In this document: piece by piece, positions 51,287 to 61,284 of the stretch
Numbering within the stretch: position 1 is the stretch's first letter
Layout of the letters: each line of letters starts with the position of its first letter
DNA from: a bacterium
GTDB lineage: Bacteria; SZUA-79; Acidulodesulfobacterales; Acidulodesulfobacteraceae
Assembly: GCA_021818985.1 (NCBI GenBank)
Contig: JAKASO010000002.1
Span: 43,383-107,382, forward strand
Length of the DNA stretch: 64,000 nt
Direction: 5' to 3'
The notes under the pieces: generated by a model
What the model was told of the DNA's origin: nothing
What the model saw: only the letters and a program-made list of their open reading frames with translations
Database searches by the model: none
Made by a program: the position numbers and the translations under genes

Positions 51287-51315
51287 ATTTTACATTGTTG
51301 TTTTATATATGTCAA
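51287..51315 (-). promoter_or_regulatory. Sigma-70-like promoter candidate for the riboswitch operon
   Basis: On the minus strand: TTGACA (51315-51310), a 17-nt spacer, then TAAAAT (51292-51287). It lies about 55 nt upstream of the aptamer. Confidence 0.45.
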
Positions 51316-51482
51316 TGCAAATTTATAGCCTGTGCCAATTTATAGCCTGTGTGCCGGCTATTAAAATGTTTATTGCAAAACAATTACTTAAAAGGATAAT
51401 TATGCCGAATAAATAATATAAGATTTAAAATATAAAAATAATAATAATAAAGAACGTTAAGATATGCCGTTTTTTAAAAATA

Positions 51483-52226
51483 ATGCGATTTTTTAGATTA
51501 AAAAATGTTCATATAATACTTACTGGTTTCTTTATTATGGCGGTTTCATCTATGCTGTTCGGATGTGTTCCTTATATTATAGGAGGGTATTATCCCAAAT
51601 CCGCCTATCGCCCTCCGGCGTATTATCCACCAAAGTACTTAGCTCACAATGTAGAAGAAGGTATTGCTTCATGGTATGGACCGGGTTTTCAGGGCAGGCC
51701 GACCGCAAGCGGTCAGATATACAATATGTATGATCTGACGGCCGCTTCTAAGACGCTTCCGTTAGATACTTATGCTATGGTTACCAATCTTGAAAACAAA
51801 AGGAGCATAGAGGTATATGTTAATGACAGGGGACCGTATTACGGAGACAGGATAATTGATCTTTCCTATGCGGCTGCACGGGCATTGCACATGCTTGGAC
51901 CGGGTACGGCATTAGTAAAGGTTCAGTATCTCGGGCCTTCGCACGTTTCCGTCCGTATGGTAAGCGGCTTTGGAACAAAATATCTGCCGCCTGTAGCTGG
52001 CTACACGCTCCAGTTTGCCGCTTACACCTCAAAAGCCCAGGCGCTCAAAAAGGTAAAAAAGATGGATAAACTTGTCCCGGGTGTTCATATCGTAACAAAA
52101 ACTGTTAGAAGGACATTTTATTACAAAGTTGTCTTCGGCAGATTTGCCAGTTTGAAAAAAGCATACCTGTTTGCAAAAGTTATTGCAAAAAATGGTATAG
52201 ATATATATATTACAAAGCTGGGTTGA
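51483..52226 (+). CDS. rlpA: Septal ring lytic transglycosylase RlpA-family protein (DPBB and SPOR domains)
   Basis: GIASWYGPGFQGRPTASGQIYNMYDLTAA...VNDRGPY. C-terminal SPOR-like YTLQFAAYTSKAQA. Confidence 0.85.
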   Translation: MRFFRLKNVHIILTGFFIMAVSSMLFGCVPYIIGGYYPKSAYRPPAYYPPKYLAHNVEEGIASWYGPGFQGRPTASGQIYNMYDLTAASKTLPLDTYAMVTNLENKRSIEVYVNDRGPYYGDRIIDLSYAAARALHMLGPGTALVKVQYLGPSHVSVRMVSGFGTKYLPPVAGYTLQFAAYTSKAQALKKVKKMDKLVPGVHIVTKTVRRTFYYKVVFGRFASLKKAYLFAKVIAKNGIDIYITKLG

Positions 52227-52285
52227 TTATTAATTAATTAATATCTTAAATTGAAAAGGAGAATATTTAAACCGGTGTTTTTTTC

Positions 52286-53041
52286 ATGAAAATAGTTGCT
52301 TTTATACCTGCAAGATTTGCATCCACGAGGTTTGAAGGTAAACCTCTTGCGCCTATTCTGGGAAAACCTATGATCAGGCATGTTTATGAAGGCGTATCGC
52401 AATCGAAGACGCTTTCCGAGATTATCATAGCTACGGAAGACGAAAGAATATATAATGAGGCAAAGAGCTTTGGTGCTAAGGTCGTTATGACGTCTGCTTC
52501 GCATTTATCGGGTACGGATCGTATAATAGAAGCCTCTAAAGACATAGAGGCGGATATAATTTTGAATATACAGGGTGATGAGCCTCTTGTAAACATTGAA
52601 ATCATCAATGCGCTGGCGACGCCTTTTAAAGAGGATAAAAGTGTTCTATATACAAGCGTTAAGACGCCGATATATTCTTACGAAGAATTTATTGACCCGA
52701 ATAATGTCAAAGTTGTAGTGAATAAAGACGATTTCGGACTGTATTTTTCGAGAAGTCCTATACCCTTCGACAGAAATTATAATCCTGAAGAATTTAAAGA
52801 TAAAAAAATATTGTTTGGATATAAGCATCTGGGGTTTTACGGCTATAGAAAAGATTTTCTTTTAACATTCGAAAAGCTTCCGCAGTCTTATTTAGAGAAA
52901 AAGGAGATGCTTGAGCAGTTGAGGGCGATCGAGAACGGTTATAAAATAAAGGTCGTTACCGTAAGCTTTTCGACGATACCGGTTGATGTTCCATCCGATA
53001 TAAAAAAGGTTGAAAATTATCTTTTAAATTTGTATAATTAA
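52286..53041 (+). CDS. kdsB: 3-deoxy-manno-octulosonate cytidylyltransferase
   Basis: IPARFASTRFEGKPL and NIQGDEPL motifs. Confidence 0.93.
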   Translation: MKIVAFIPARFASTRFEGKPLAPILGKPMIRHVYEGVSQSKTLSEIIIATEDERIYNEAKSFGAKVVMTSASHLSGTDRIIEASKDIEADIILNIQGDEPLVNIEIINALATPFKEDKSVLYTSVKTPIYSYEEFIDPNNVKVVVNKDDFGLYFSRSPIPFDRNYNPEEFKDKKILFGYKHLGFYGYRKDFLLTFEKLPQSYLEKKEMLEQLRAIENGYKIKVVTVSFSTIPVDVPSDIKKVENYLLNLYN

Positions 53042-53161
53042 TATTTTACGGCTATATTTTATACAATATTATAAATATAAATATTATGATTATAGCTTAC
53101 GTAAAAAAATCGGCAAATTTATTAATTTAATTTTATAAATTTAAAAGGGGTTAAAATTAAG

Positions 53162-53374
53162 ATGAAGCAAGATATTCATCCGCAATATTTTAAGACAAAA
53201 GTTAAGTGCGCCTGCGGCAATGAGTTTGTTACAGGAAGTACCGTAGAAGAGATTCATGTCGATATCTGTTCCAAATGCCATCCATTTTATACAGGCAAGC
53301 AAAAGTTTGTGGATAGTGCTGGAAGGATCGAAAAATTCAATAAGCGTTACAATTTAAGTAACATTAAGAAATAA
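53162..53374 (+). CDS. rpmE: 50S ribosomal protein L31 (Zn-ribbon type)
   Basis: MKQDIHPQY...CACG...[13 protein letters not shown]. Confidence 0.95.
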   Translation: MKQDIHPQYFKTKVKCACGNEFVTGSTVEEIHVDICSKCHPFYTGKQKFVDSAGRIEKFNKRYNLSNIKK

Positions 53375-53457
53375 CATGAAGAAATAACATTAAGAAATAA
53401 CACGAAAGATTAATTTTATATTTTATTTATTTTAGCTGTGTTGACCCCTTTTATTAA

Positions 53458-54174
53458 ATGGTAAGACTAATTAATTACACCATTAATCCGGAAATAACCA
53501 TAGCTACTGCTGCAAGGCTGTGTTACAGTTCTTATGATATTTCAAAGATAGAAAAGGATTTTACGGGTTCGAACGGATTGGAAAAAGCAAGAAAACTTAT
53601 AAAGAAAATCAGAATTTCAGGACATGATTCGGTGCTGGAGCATGCCGGTTTCACTTTCGGGGTTGAAAAATTATCGAGAAGCGCTTCCCATCAATTAGTC
53701 AGGCACCGCATAGCATCATATTCTCAAAGAAGCCAAAGATACGTCAAAGAAACAAAACCGCAGTTTGTTATCCCGGATTCAATAGCGAATGACGCCGGGC
53801 TTTCCGATATGTTTAATAAGCTTATAAACGATATATTTTCTTTATACGGCTACTTTATCGAAAAAGGTATCCCTGCCGAAGACGCCAGGTATATTTTGCC
53901 TAATGCAACGGAAACGCAGCTCGCCTTTACCATGAATGCCCGCGAACTTTTACATTTTCTTAAATTAAGGGGGTGTGAAAGGGCACAGTGGGAGATAAGG
54001 CAGCTGGCTAAAGATGTATTTAAACTTGTTTATCCTATTGCTCCTTCTGTTTTTCAAGGAGCGGGTCCGGCGTGTGTCAAGGGTAACTGTTCGGAAGGCG
54101 GGTTTACATGCGGAAGACCCTTAGAGATCAGAGCGGAATGGTTAAATATGGCTAAGCTAGCCGCCCACTCTTAA
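53458..54174 (+). CDS. thyX: FAD-dependent thymidylate synthase
   Basis: ThyX motif RHRIASYSQRSQRY. Confidence 0.92.
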   Translation: MVRLINYTINPEITIATAARLCYSSYDISKIEKDFTGSNGLEKARKLIKKIRISGHDSVLEHAGFTFGVEKLSRSASHQLVRHRIASYSQRSQRYVKETKPQFVIPDSIANDAGLSDMFNKLINDIFSLYGYFIEKGIPAEDARYILPNATETQLAFTMNARELLHFLKLRGCERAQWEIRQLAKDVFKLVYPIAPSVFQGAGPACVKGNCSEGGFTCGRPLEIRAEWLNMAKLAAHS

Positions 54175-54212
54175 GAATTTAAGGAGATAGATTAATAATA
54201 TTAAAATAAAGT

Positions 54213-55367
54213 ATGCTTTTAAATAAAAAATATAATAATGCCTTCAACAATAAAGTAATGGAAAATTATTCTGTAACCGAAGGCGAGGCGCATTTTTTAA
54301 AGCTTGATGATATTACGGTAAAAAAATGCCTTGATCTAAAAGAGGAAGTAAAATCCATTTATGTTGAGATCCAAAAAATCAACGCGCAAAGGTTTAGCGA
54401 ATCTTCCAAAGAGCTTATAAGAAGGTTTAATGCCATTAAAAAGATCGCCGATTCTTTTGATGAATATAATAAAATACTTGGCGAAATTCAAGACCTTGAG
54501 AATTTAAGCAAAAAAGAGACCGATAATGAACTTTTGATTCTTGAGATCGAAGAAATTAATTTTTTGAAGACAAAGGCTTTAAAAATTGCCGAAACCGTCA
54601 GAGAATATTTCTATCCGAAAGACCCAGATGCCGATAAAGATATTTTACTTGAGATAAGGGCGGGTACGGGAGGCGAAGAAGCTGCGCTTTTTGCGCTTGA
54701 CCTGTTTAAAATGTATAATAAATATGCGTTGATTAAAAATTTTAAATTTGAAGTAATATCCACAAGCCCTTCTGTTTCTGGCGGGTTAAAAGAGGCCATC
54801 GTTTCCGTTAAAGGTAAAAATGTTTACAGGCTTTTGAAACATGAAAGCGGGGTTCACAGGGTTCAAAGGATACCGGCTACGGAAACGCAGGGCAGGGTTC
54901 ATACCTCTGCTTCCACAGTTGCGGTCATGCCTGAAGCCGAAGAGGTTGATCTTAAAATAGCACCCGAAGACTTAAGAATAGACGTATATAAATCTTCCGG
55001 CCACGGCGGACAGAGCGTAAATACTACAGATTCCGCGGTAAGGATCACTCATCTGCCCACCGGGCTTGTAGTAACATGTCAGGACGAAAAATCTCAGCAT
55101 AAGAATAAAGCCAAGGCTTTAAGGATACTTAGATCACGGCTTTTAAGCAGGATTGAGGAGGCTAAAAAGAACGAAGAGGCTAAAAATAGAAAAAGCATGG
55201 TAGGAAGCGGCGACAGAAGCGAAAAGATAAGAACCTATAATTTTCCTCAGGGCAGGATTACCGACCACCGTGCCGGCATTACCCTGCATAAATTAAATTC
55301 CATTATGGACGGCAACTTAGACGATCTTTTAACGCCTCTATCCGAATATTTTGAATCTAACAGATAA
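54213..55367 (+). CDS. prfA: Peptide chain release factor 1
   Basis: The PAT tripeptide (IPATETQGRVHTS) indicates RF1. GGQ motif (SSGHGGQSVNTTDSAVRITH). The start may instead be the internal ATG at 54258. Confidence 0.92.
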   Translation: MLLNKKYNNAFNNKVMENYSVTEGEAHFLKLDDITVKKCLDLKEEVKSIYVEIQKINAQRFSESSKELIRRFNAIKKIADSFDEYNKILGEIQDLENLSKKETDNELLILEIEEINFLKTKALKIAETVREYFYPKDPDADKDILLEIRAGTGGEEAALFALDLFKMYNKYALIKNFKFEVISTSPSVSGGLKEAIVSVKGKNVYRLLKHESGVHRVQRIPATETQGRVHTSASTVAVMPEAEEVDLKIAPEDLRIDVYKSSGHGGQSVNTTDSAVRITHLPTGLVVTCQDEKSQHKNKAKALRILRSRLLSRIEEAKKNEEAKNRKSMVGSGDRSEKIRTYNFPQGRITDHRAGITLHKLNSIMDGNLDDLLTPLSEYFESNR

Positions 55368-55494
55368 GCTTTACAAACAGGTTTTTTTAAGAGTGTTACC
55401 CTTCTAAATAATTATTTATTATTAATTATTATAGATATATAGTATTGTAGATATATAGAAATACAATGACCCTCTCTATCTTACTTATTATTTA

Positions 55495-56475
55495 ATGGAG
55501 AGCGGTTCGCTAAGCTATAAATTGAAATATAATCTTCTTGAATTTCAGCGGCAGTCCATTCTTGAATTAACCAAATCAGGCGCTAGCCTTTTAAAGGATT
55601 CCGGGCTTGTAAACCCTTTTAAAGAGTCTTTGCTGTTTATGTCTTATGCCTTAAAAATGCCGTTGGAACAGGTTATTCTAAACTATGAAAATAAAATAGA
55701 CAATAAGGGGTATAAGATATACGCCCACTGCATTAAAAGAAGGGCAAAGAAAGAACCGTTCGCATATATTACAGGTAAAAAAGAATTTTACTCGTTAGAA
55801 TTTTTTGTAAATAAACACGTCCTTATTCCCAGACCGGAGACGGAAACCCTTGTTTCCGAAGGACTTAAAGAAATTGACAGGTTAAAAGGCAAAAAAAAGA
55901 AGGTTATCGTGATAGATCTGGGGACAGGTTCGGGGGCTATTGCCGTATCTCTTGCAAAAAATGCAAATAATGTTTTTGTTTATGCTGCCGATAAGACTTA
56001 TAGAGTGTTAAAAGTTGCCGATAAGAATATCAGGCTAAATAATATTGAAAATAGAGTCCGGCTTGTGTATTTTGATATTCTAAACCGGAATATATGCTGG
56101 TATAATGAAACTATGGGATTTTTTGATCAAAATCTTTATCTTTATAATTTTGATATTATTATTTCAAATCCGCCTTATATAAGAACCGGTGAATTGAAGA
56201 AATTGGATCCGGGGGTCGGGTTATACGAACCTCTTTCAGCCCTTGACGGCGGTGCTGACGGACTTAAGTTCTATAAAAAAATATTTGATATTGTTAAGCT
56301 ATTTAAAAAAAGCTTCAGCCTGCTTTTGGAAATAGATGCCGAAGATGCCGAAAGGATTGAAAATTTGTATAAACTGAAGTTTCAAGATAAAGACAATAAA
56401 ATAATCGAATTTATCAAAGACATGTCAGACAGAATAAGGGTGGTAAAAATAACTTATGAAAAAAATGGTTATTGA
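55495..56475 (+). CDS. prmC: Release-factor glutamine N5-methyltransferase
   Basis: DLGTGSGAI and NPPY (ISNPPYI) motifs. Located downstream of prfA. Confidence 0.85.
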   Translation: MESGSLSYKLKYNLLEFQRQSILELTKSGASLLKDSGLVNPFKESLLFMSYALKMPLEQVILNYENKIDNKGYKIYAHCIKRRAKKEPFAYITGKKEFYSLEFFVNKHVLIPRPETETLVSEGLKEIDRLKGKKKKVIVIDLGTGSGAIAVSLAKNANNVFVYAADKTYRVLKVADKNIRLNNIENRVRLVYFDILNRNICWYNETMGFFDQNLYLYNFDIIISNPPYIRTGELKKLDPGVGLYEPLSALDGGADGLKFYKKIFDIVKLFKKSFSLLLEIDAEDAERIENLYKLKFQDKDNKIIEFIKDMSDRIRVVKITYEKNGY

Positions 56476-57775
56476 AGGCGGTGTTCCGTTAAGAGGGGAG
56501 GTTGCGATCAGCGGTTCAAAAAATGCCGCACTGCCGCTTTTGGCCGCGGCGATAATGTTCGATGATTCTAACAACGAACTTTTTAATGTTCCGGATCTCA
56601 AAGATGTTGCAACCATTAGACAGTTATTAGTCAGTATAGGAGCTGAAATAAAAGATGAGGGGGATAGAGTAGTTATCAATACCTCTTGCATCAACAAGTA
56701 TGAAGCCCCCTATGATCTTGTTAAAACTATGAGAGCGTCCGTCCTTGTGCTCGGGCCTTTACTTGCAAAATATAAGCGGGCAAGGGTATCCCTGCCCGGC
56801 GGTTGCGCCATTGGAGCAAGGCCGATTGACTTTCATTTAAAGGCGCTGGCGCTTCTTGGTGCCGATATAACCATGGATCATGGATATGTAGAGGCAACCG
56901 CGGAAAAGCTTAAAGGTGCCGAGATCTCTTTTCCCATACCGTCCGTTACAGGGACAGAAAATGCAATAATGGCGGCAACCCTTGCAGAAGGCACTTCGAT
57001 CATTAAAAATGCCGCAAGGGAACCGGAAATAGACGATCTTATACTTGCTCTGTGTAATGGCGGAGCTAATATAAAAAGAGTCGAACCATCGACGATCGTA
57101 ATAAAAGGCGTCAAAAAATTAAACAGATTAAGCCATTTTATTATGCCCGATCGCATTGAGGCAGGAACATATATGGCAGCTTCGGCTATAACAAAAGGCG
57201 AGGTCGTATTAAAAAATATAAATGCGGTCCATTTAAGATCGGTAATAGACAAGCTGGAGGAAGCCGGTGCCAAAATAAGAATAATTTCCCCTTCGTCGTT
57301 AATGATAAAAGGTCCTAAGGTTATCAGGAGCGTGGATATCTCGACCGCCCCATTCCCAGGTTTTCCCACGGACATGCAGGCGCAGATGATGGCACTTATG
57401 GCTGTGTCAAGCGGATTATGCGTTATTACAGAAAATATTTTTGAAAACAGGTTTATGCATGTCGCCGAATTGAGGCGGCTTGGAGCAAATATCAAGGCGT
57501 GTAATAATTTTGCAATAGTAAAGGGGACCGATCACTTATCCGGTACCGAAATGATGGCAACGGATTTGCGCGCAAGCGCATCGCTTATCTTAGCAGGGCT
57601 TGTTGCTCATGGAATAACCGAAGTTTCAAGGATATATCATCTCGATAGGGGATATGAAGCTATGGAAAAAAAACTCGCATCTCTTGGGGCTATAATATCT
57701 AAGGTGGATGCCGCTACTCCGTCTAACGATAATGAAGTTGCGAATGAAAATATATTAGCCGAAAAGTATATGTAA
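56456..57775 (+). CDS. murA: UDP-N-acetylglucosamine 1-carboxyvinyltransferase
   Basis: ISGSKNAALP, LPGGCAIGARPID (active Cys) and FPGFPTDMQAQ motifs. Confidence 0.95.
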   Translation: MKKMVIEGGVPLRGEVAISGSKNAALPLLAAAIMFDDSNNELFNVPDLKDVATIRQLLVSIGAEIKDEGDRVVINTSCINKYEAPYDLVKTMRASVLVLGPLLAKYKRARVSLPGGCAIGARPIDFHLKALALLGADITMDHGYVEATAEKLKGAEISFPIPSVTGTENAIMAATLAEGTSIIKNAAREPEIDDLILALCNGGANIKRVEPSTIVIKGVKKLNRLSHFIMPDRIEAGTYMAASAITKGEVVLKNINAVHLRSVIDKLEEAGAKIRIISPSSLMIKGPKVIRSVDISTAPFPGFPTDMQAQMMALMAVSSGLCVITENIFENRFMHVAELRRLGANIKACNNFAIVKGTDHLSGTEMMATDLRASASLILAGLVAHGITEVSRIYHLDRGYEAMEKKLASLGAIISKVDAATPSNDNEVANENILAEKYM

Positions 57776-57787
57776 CATAAAGATATA

Positions 57788-58687
57788 ATGAGAAAAAGAC
57801 CAAAAATTGCAATTCCTAAGGGAAGAATGCTGGGCAGTTCCCTTGAATTATTAAGAAAAGCCGGATTTATTACCCATCCGGATGAAGACTATAATTCCCG
57901 CAGGTTAATATTTGACTACGAAGACGACACTTCAAAACTTCTTATTGTGAAACCTTCTGATGTTCCCACGTTTGTAGAATATGGAGCGGCCGACATTGGC
58001 ATAGCTGGAAAAGATATTCTTCTTGAAAAGCATAGAAATGTTTACGAACCATTAGATCTGAAATTCGGCGAATGCAGAATAGTCGTTGCTGTTCATGGAA
58101 ATGCGCTTACCATTGCCGGTGATAACCAAAATTCCTTTGCTATTAAAGGGCTAATAACAGATGCGGGACCGGCGTTATCTATCGGTAATGGCAACCTAGT
58201 CGGTCAGAAGACCTTTAATGAAGCTGGTAAAGGTGCAGGCAAATCTTTTGAGATTAAGTTGACGAACGGCGAAGGTAAATCTAACGGCGTAGGGATAAAT
58301 GCTATAAAAGAAATACAAGAACGCTATCCCTCCTCTTTTAAAGGTATAATAGAATATAATAAAAAAAGGCTTTATTCTCAATCGAATCTGAGGGTTGCTA
58401 CTAAATATGTCCATATAACGGAGGATTTTTTTAGAAAAAAAGGGATCAATGTTCAGATAGTTAAACTATACGGCAACATTGAACTTGCCCCGCTTTCCGG
58501 CTTATCCGAAATTATAGTTGATCTTGTATCGACAGGGGAAACTTTGAGGCAAAATAATCTTTTTGAGATAGATGAGATCGCTAAGGTAACCTCAAGGCTT
58601 ATAGTAAACAGGGCAAGCCTTAAAACTAACCCTAAAGGAATTGCTTCTGCTATCGAAAGTCTAAAAAATATAATAGAAGGGAATTAA
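57788..58687 (+). CDS. hisG: ATP phosphoribosyltransferase, short-form core with a ~90-aa internal insertion
   Basis: IAIPKGRM, DIGIAGKD, LRVATKY and DLVSTGETLRQN motifs. The G/N/K-rich insertion spans roughly residues 104-195. Confidence 0.85.
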   Translation: MRKRPKIAIPKGRMLGSSLELLRKAGFITHPDEDYNSRRLIFDYEDDTSKLLIVKPSDVPTFVEYGAADIGIAGKDILLEKHRNVYEPLDLKFGECRIVVAVHGNALTIAGDNQNSFAIKGLITDAGPALSIGNGNLVGQKTFNEAGKGAGKSFEIKLTNGEGKSNGVGINAIKEIQERYPSSFKGIIEYNKKRLYSQSNLRVATKYVHITEDFFRKKGINVQIVKLYGNIELAPLSGLSEIIVDLVSTGETLRQNNLFEIDEIAKVTSRLIVNRASLKTNPKGIASAIESLKNIIEGN

Positions 58688-58752
58688 AAAGGGTTGCCCC
58701 TTCTTTTTACTTAACTTAATAGATACTCCACAATAGTAAAAAGTAAAAGGGT

Positions 58753-60063
58753 ATGATCCGATCAGGCAATATGAGATTTTTTGATATAAAAAAGGACGAT
58801 TTCAGGTTTTTTATCAAGGAAAAAAGGCATAGCCGTCTTAACTTCAATACTAAATTACAGAATAATCTTGAAGAAATGCGCTTAAGAATCATCAGGGAAA
58901 AAGACAAAGCCCTTTCTTTTTACACAAAAAAATTAGATAAAATTTCGATTAATCCTTCAAGCTTTGAAATTACCGAATCTGAAAAGGTTCGCGCTCTAAC
59001 ATCAATATCTAAATCCAAACGAACGTCTATTGAAAATGTAATTAACAGGGTTTACGATTATCATCTAAAACAGAAAATAAATACATGGTTTTCTTATAGC
59101 GAAGAGGGCATTATCACCGGCCAGATTGTTTCCCCTTTAGAGAGTGTAGGAATATACGTTCCGGGCGGTAAAGCAAGCTATCCCTCATCCGTTATAATGA
59201 ACGCTATTCCTGCAAAAGCGGCAGGGGTGGAAAATATTATTATGGTTACCCCGCCATCTGGTAACTTAAACGGCTATGTCATTGCAACTGCCGTTCTATG
59301 CGGAATAAAAAAAATATTCAGGGTTGGAGGTCCGCAGGCTATATTTGCGCTTGCTTACGGAACCCGGACCATACCGTCCGTTAGCAAGATAGTTGGTCCC
59401 GGAAATATATATGTTTCAGCTGCAAAAAGAATGGTATACGGCGACGTAGATATAGATATGATTGCGGGTCCCAGTGAAATTGCTATTATATGCGATGAAT
59501 TTGCCGATCCTCTCTTTATTGCGGCGGATATGATGTCCCAGTCCGAGCATGACGAGATGGCGGTTGCCACCATGATATCCAATTCGGTTAAGCTTATAGA
59601 AGATGTTAAGGCGATTTTACCTGATTTGATCGAAAAGGCAAAAAGAAAAAATATCATTAAGCGGTCTATGGATTCTAACGCATCTTTAGTTCTTACAGGT
59701 TCTGTAGACGAATCAATAAGGCTTGCCAATGAGCTGGCGCCGGAACATTTAGAGTTGTATATTAAAGATCCTTTTGAAAAGTTATTTTTAATAAAAAATG
59801 CTGGAGCCGTGTTTCTGGGTGGGAACACTCCGGAAGCCATCGGGGATTACATTGCCGGACCGAGCCATGTTTTACCAACCGGCGGAACGGCAAAATTTTT
59901 TTCTCCGCTTGACACATTGTCTTTTCTCAAAAGAACAAGCGTTATTTCGTCAAGCAAAGAGTTCTTGACAAAAAAAGCAAAAGATGTGGCTTTTTTCTCG
60001 AATATCGAGGGGCTAAATGCTCACGGCGAATCGGTAAATTATCGTATTAAAAAGATAAAATAA
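58753..60063 (+). CDS. hisD: Histidinol dehydrogenase
   Basis: YVPGGKASYPSSV, GPGNIYV, QSEHD and GDYIAGPSHVLPT motifs. Confidence 0.92.
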   Translation: MIRSGNMRFFDIKKDDFRFFIKEKRHSRLNFNTKLQNNLEEMRLRIIREKDKALSFYTKKLDKISINPSSFEITESEKVRALTSISKSKRTSIENVINRVYDYHLKQKINTWFSYSEEGIITGQIVSPLESVGIYVPGGKASYPSSVIMNAIPAKAAGVENIIMVTPPSGNLNGYVIATAVLCGIKKIFRVGGPQAIFALAYGTRTIPSVSKIVGPGNIYVSAAKRMVYGDVDIDMIAGPSEIAIICDEFADPLFIAADMMSQSEHDEMAVATMISNSVKLIEDVKAILPDLIEKAKRKNIIKRSMDSNASLVLTGSVDESIRLANELAPEHLELYIKDPFEKLFLIKNAGAVFLGGNTPEAIGDYIAGPSHVLPTGGTAKFFSPLDTLSFLKRTSVISSSKEFLTKKAKDVAFFSNIEGLNAHGESVNYRIKKIK

Positions 60064-60121
60064 AACACTAATTTTACAAAGCATTACAAAATGTATTTTA
60101 TTTATATGAAAAACAGGTTTT

Positions 60122-61186
60122 ATGCCTTCATTAAAAATAGAAAATTTTATTAAAGACAGCGTTCTTAGGCTTAAAGCCTATAAAGTAAGCGAATTTGAAC
60201 CGCATGGAGCCTTGAAACTCGATGCGAATGAATCTAATTACATCTTAAACAAAAATATTAAGCGAAGATATGCAAATTTTATAAAAGATACGCTTATAAA
60301 TCTTTATCCCGATTCAAGTTCGGGAAACCTTATTGAATTACTGAAAGCGTTTTATAATACACAGGCTAAAAATTTTATTTTTGGCAACGGTTCGGATGAA
60401 CTTATTTCAATTATTATGCTTAGTCTTAAGAAAGATGTTGCCGTAAACATTCCAACGCCGTCTTTTTCTATGTATGACATCATAGCAAGATGCAATGATT
60501 TAAAGATTAATCATATAAAACTTGATGAAAAATATTTTGACCTGCCCAAAGATATAGATAATTACGGCAAGAACATATTTTTTTTTAGTTATCCTAATAA
60601 TCCGACGGGAAATCATTTTGACCGTAATATTATAAAAAATCTTTTAGAAAATAAAAATAATATTATCGTAGTAGATGAAGCTTATATATATTTTTCAAAC
60701 AAAGAGTCTTTTATAAAATATATACCGGAATGCGATAACTTAATCGTTTTAAGGACATTTTCTAAAATTGGGCTTGCGGGATTAAGGTTTGGAATGCTTT
60801 TTTCCGGCGATAAGCTTATAAATGAATTTAAAAAAATAAAATTGCCTTTCAATATTAATTCTTTAACGTTGAGTTCTATCGAATTTTTTTTAAACAATTT
60901 TAGCGAATTTGAGAAAAATATAAAAAAGACGATTAGCCAAAGGGATAAATTATACTCTGCGTTAAAGAAACTCGATTTTATCAAGGCCTATCAGTCCGAT
61001 GCCAATTTTATTTTGGTAAGACTTAAAGATAATAAATTAAAAACCAAATTTAATCAATTTCTTAAAGATAATAAGATAATCATAAGAAGTTTTACCGGCG
61101 GCATGGAGTTATTTTACAGAATAACCGTCGGCACGCCTGCCGAAAATAAAAAGCTAATCGCTTATTTCAAAGATTTTAAAATGTAA
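60122..61186 (+). CDS. hisC: Histidinol-phosphate aminotransferase
   Basis: LDANES, YPNNPTG and RTFSKIGLAGLRFG (PLP lysine) motifs. Sits in the his operon. Confidence 0.88.
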   Translation: MPSLKIENFIKDSVLRLKAYKVSEFEPHGALKLDANESNYILNKNIKRRYANFIKDTLINLYPDSSSGNLIELLKAFYNTQAKNFIFGNGSDELISIIMLSLKKDVAVNIPTPSFSMYDIIARCNDLKINHIKLDEKYFDLPKDIDNYGKNIFFFSYPNNPTGNHFDRNIIKNLLENKNNIIVVDEAYIYFSNKESFIKYIPECDNLIVLRTFSKIGLAGLRFGMLFSGDKLINEFKKIKLPFNINSLTLSSIEFFLNNFSEFEKNIKKTISQRDKLYSALKKLDFIKAYQSDANFILVRLKDNKLKTKFNQFLKDNKIIIRSFTGGMELFYRITVGTPAENKKLIAYFKDFKM

Positions 61187-61284
61187 TTTGAATAAATTCA
61201 AAAAAGTTTATTCCTAAAGCAAAATAAGTGCAACCCATTTTTTTTAAGAATGTTGTATAATTTTTATATTATATACCAGAATAA

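Noticed and set aside
58097-58373. The HisG insertion as an intein or mobile element
   Set aside because: It has no Cys, Ser or Thr at the insert N-terminus followed by intein blocks, no terminal HN motif and no homing-endonuclease motif. Its composition is low-complexity G/N/K-rich, like inserts in several other genes here.
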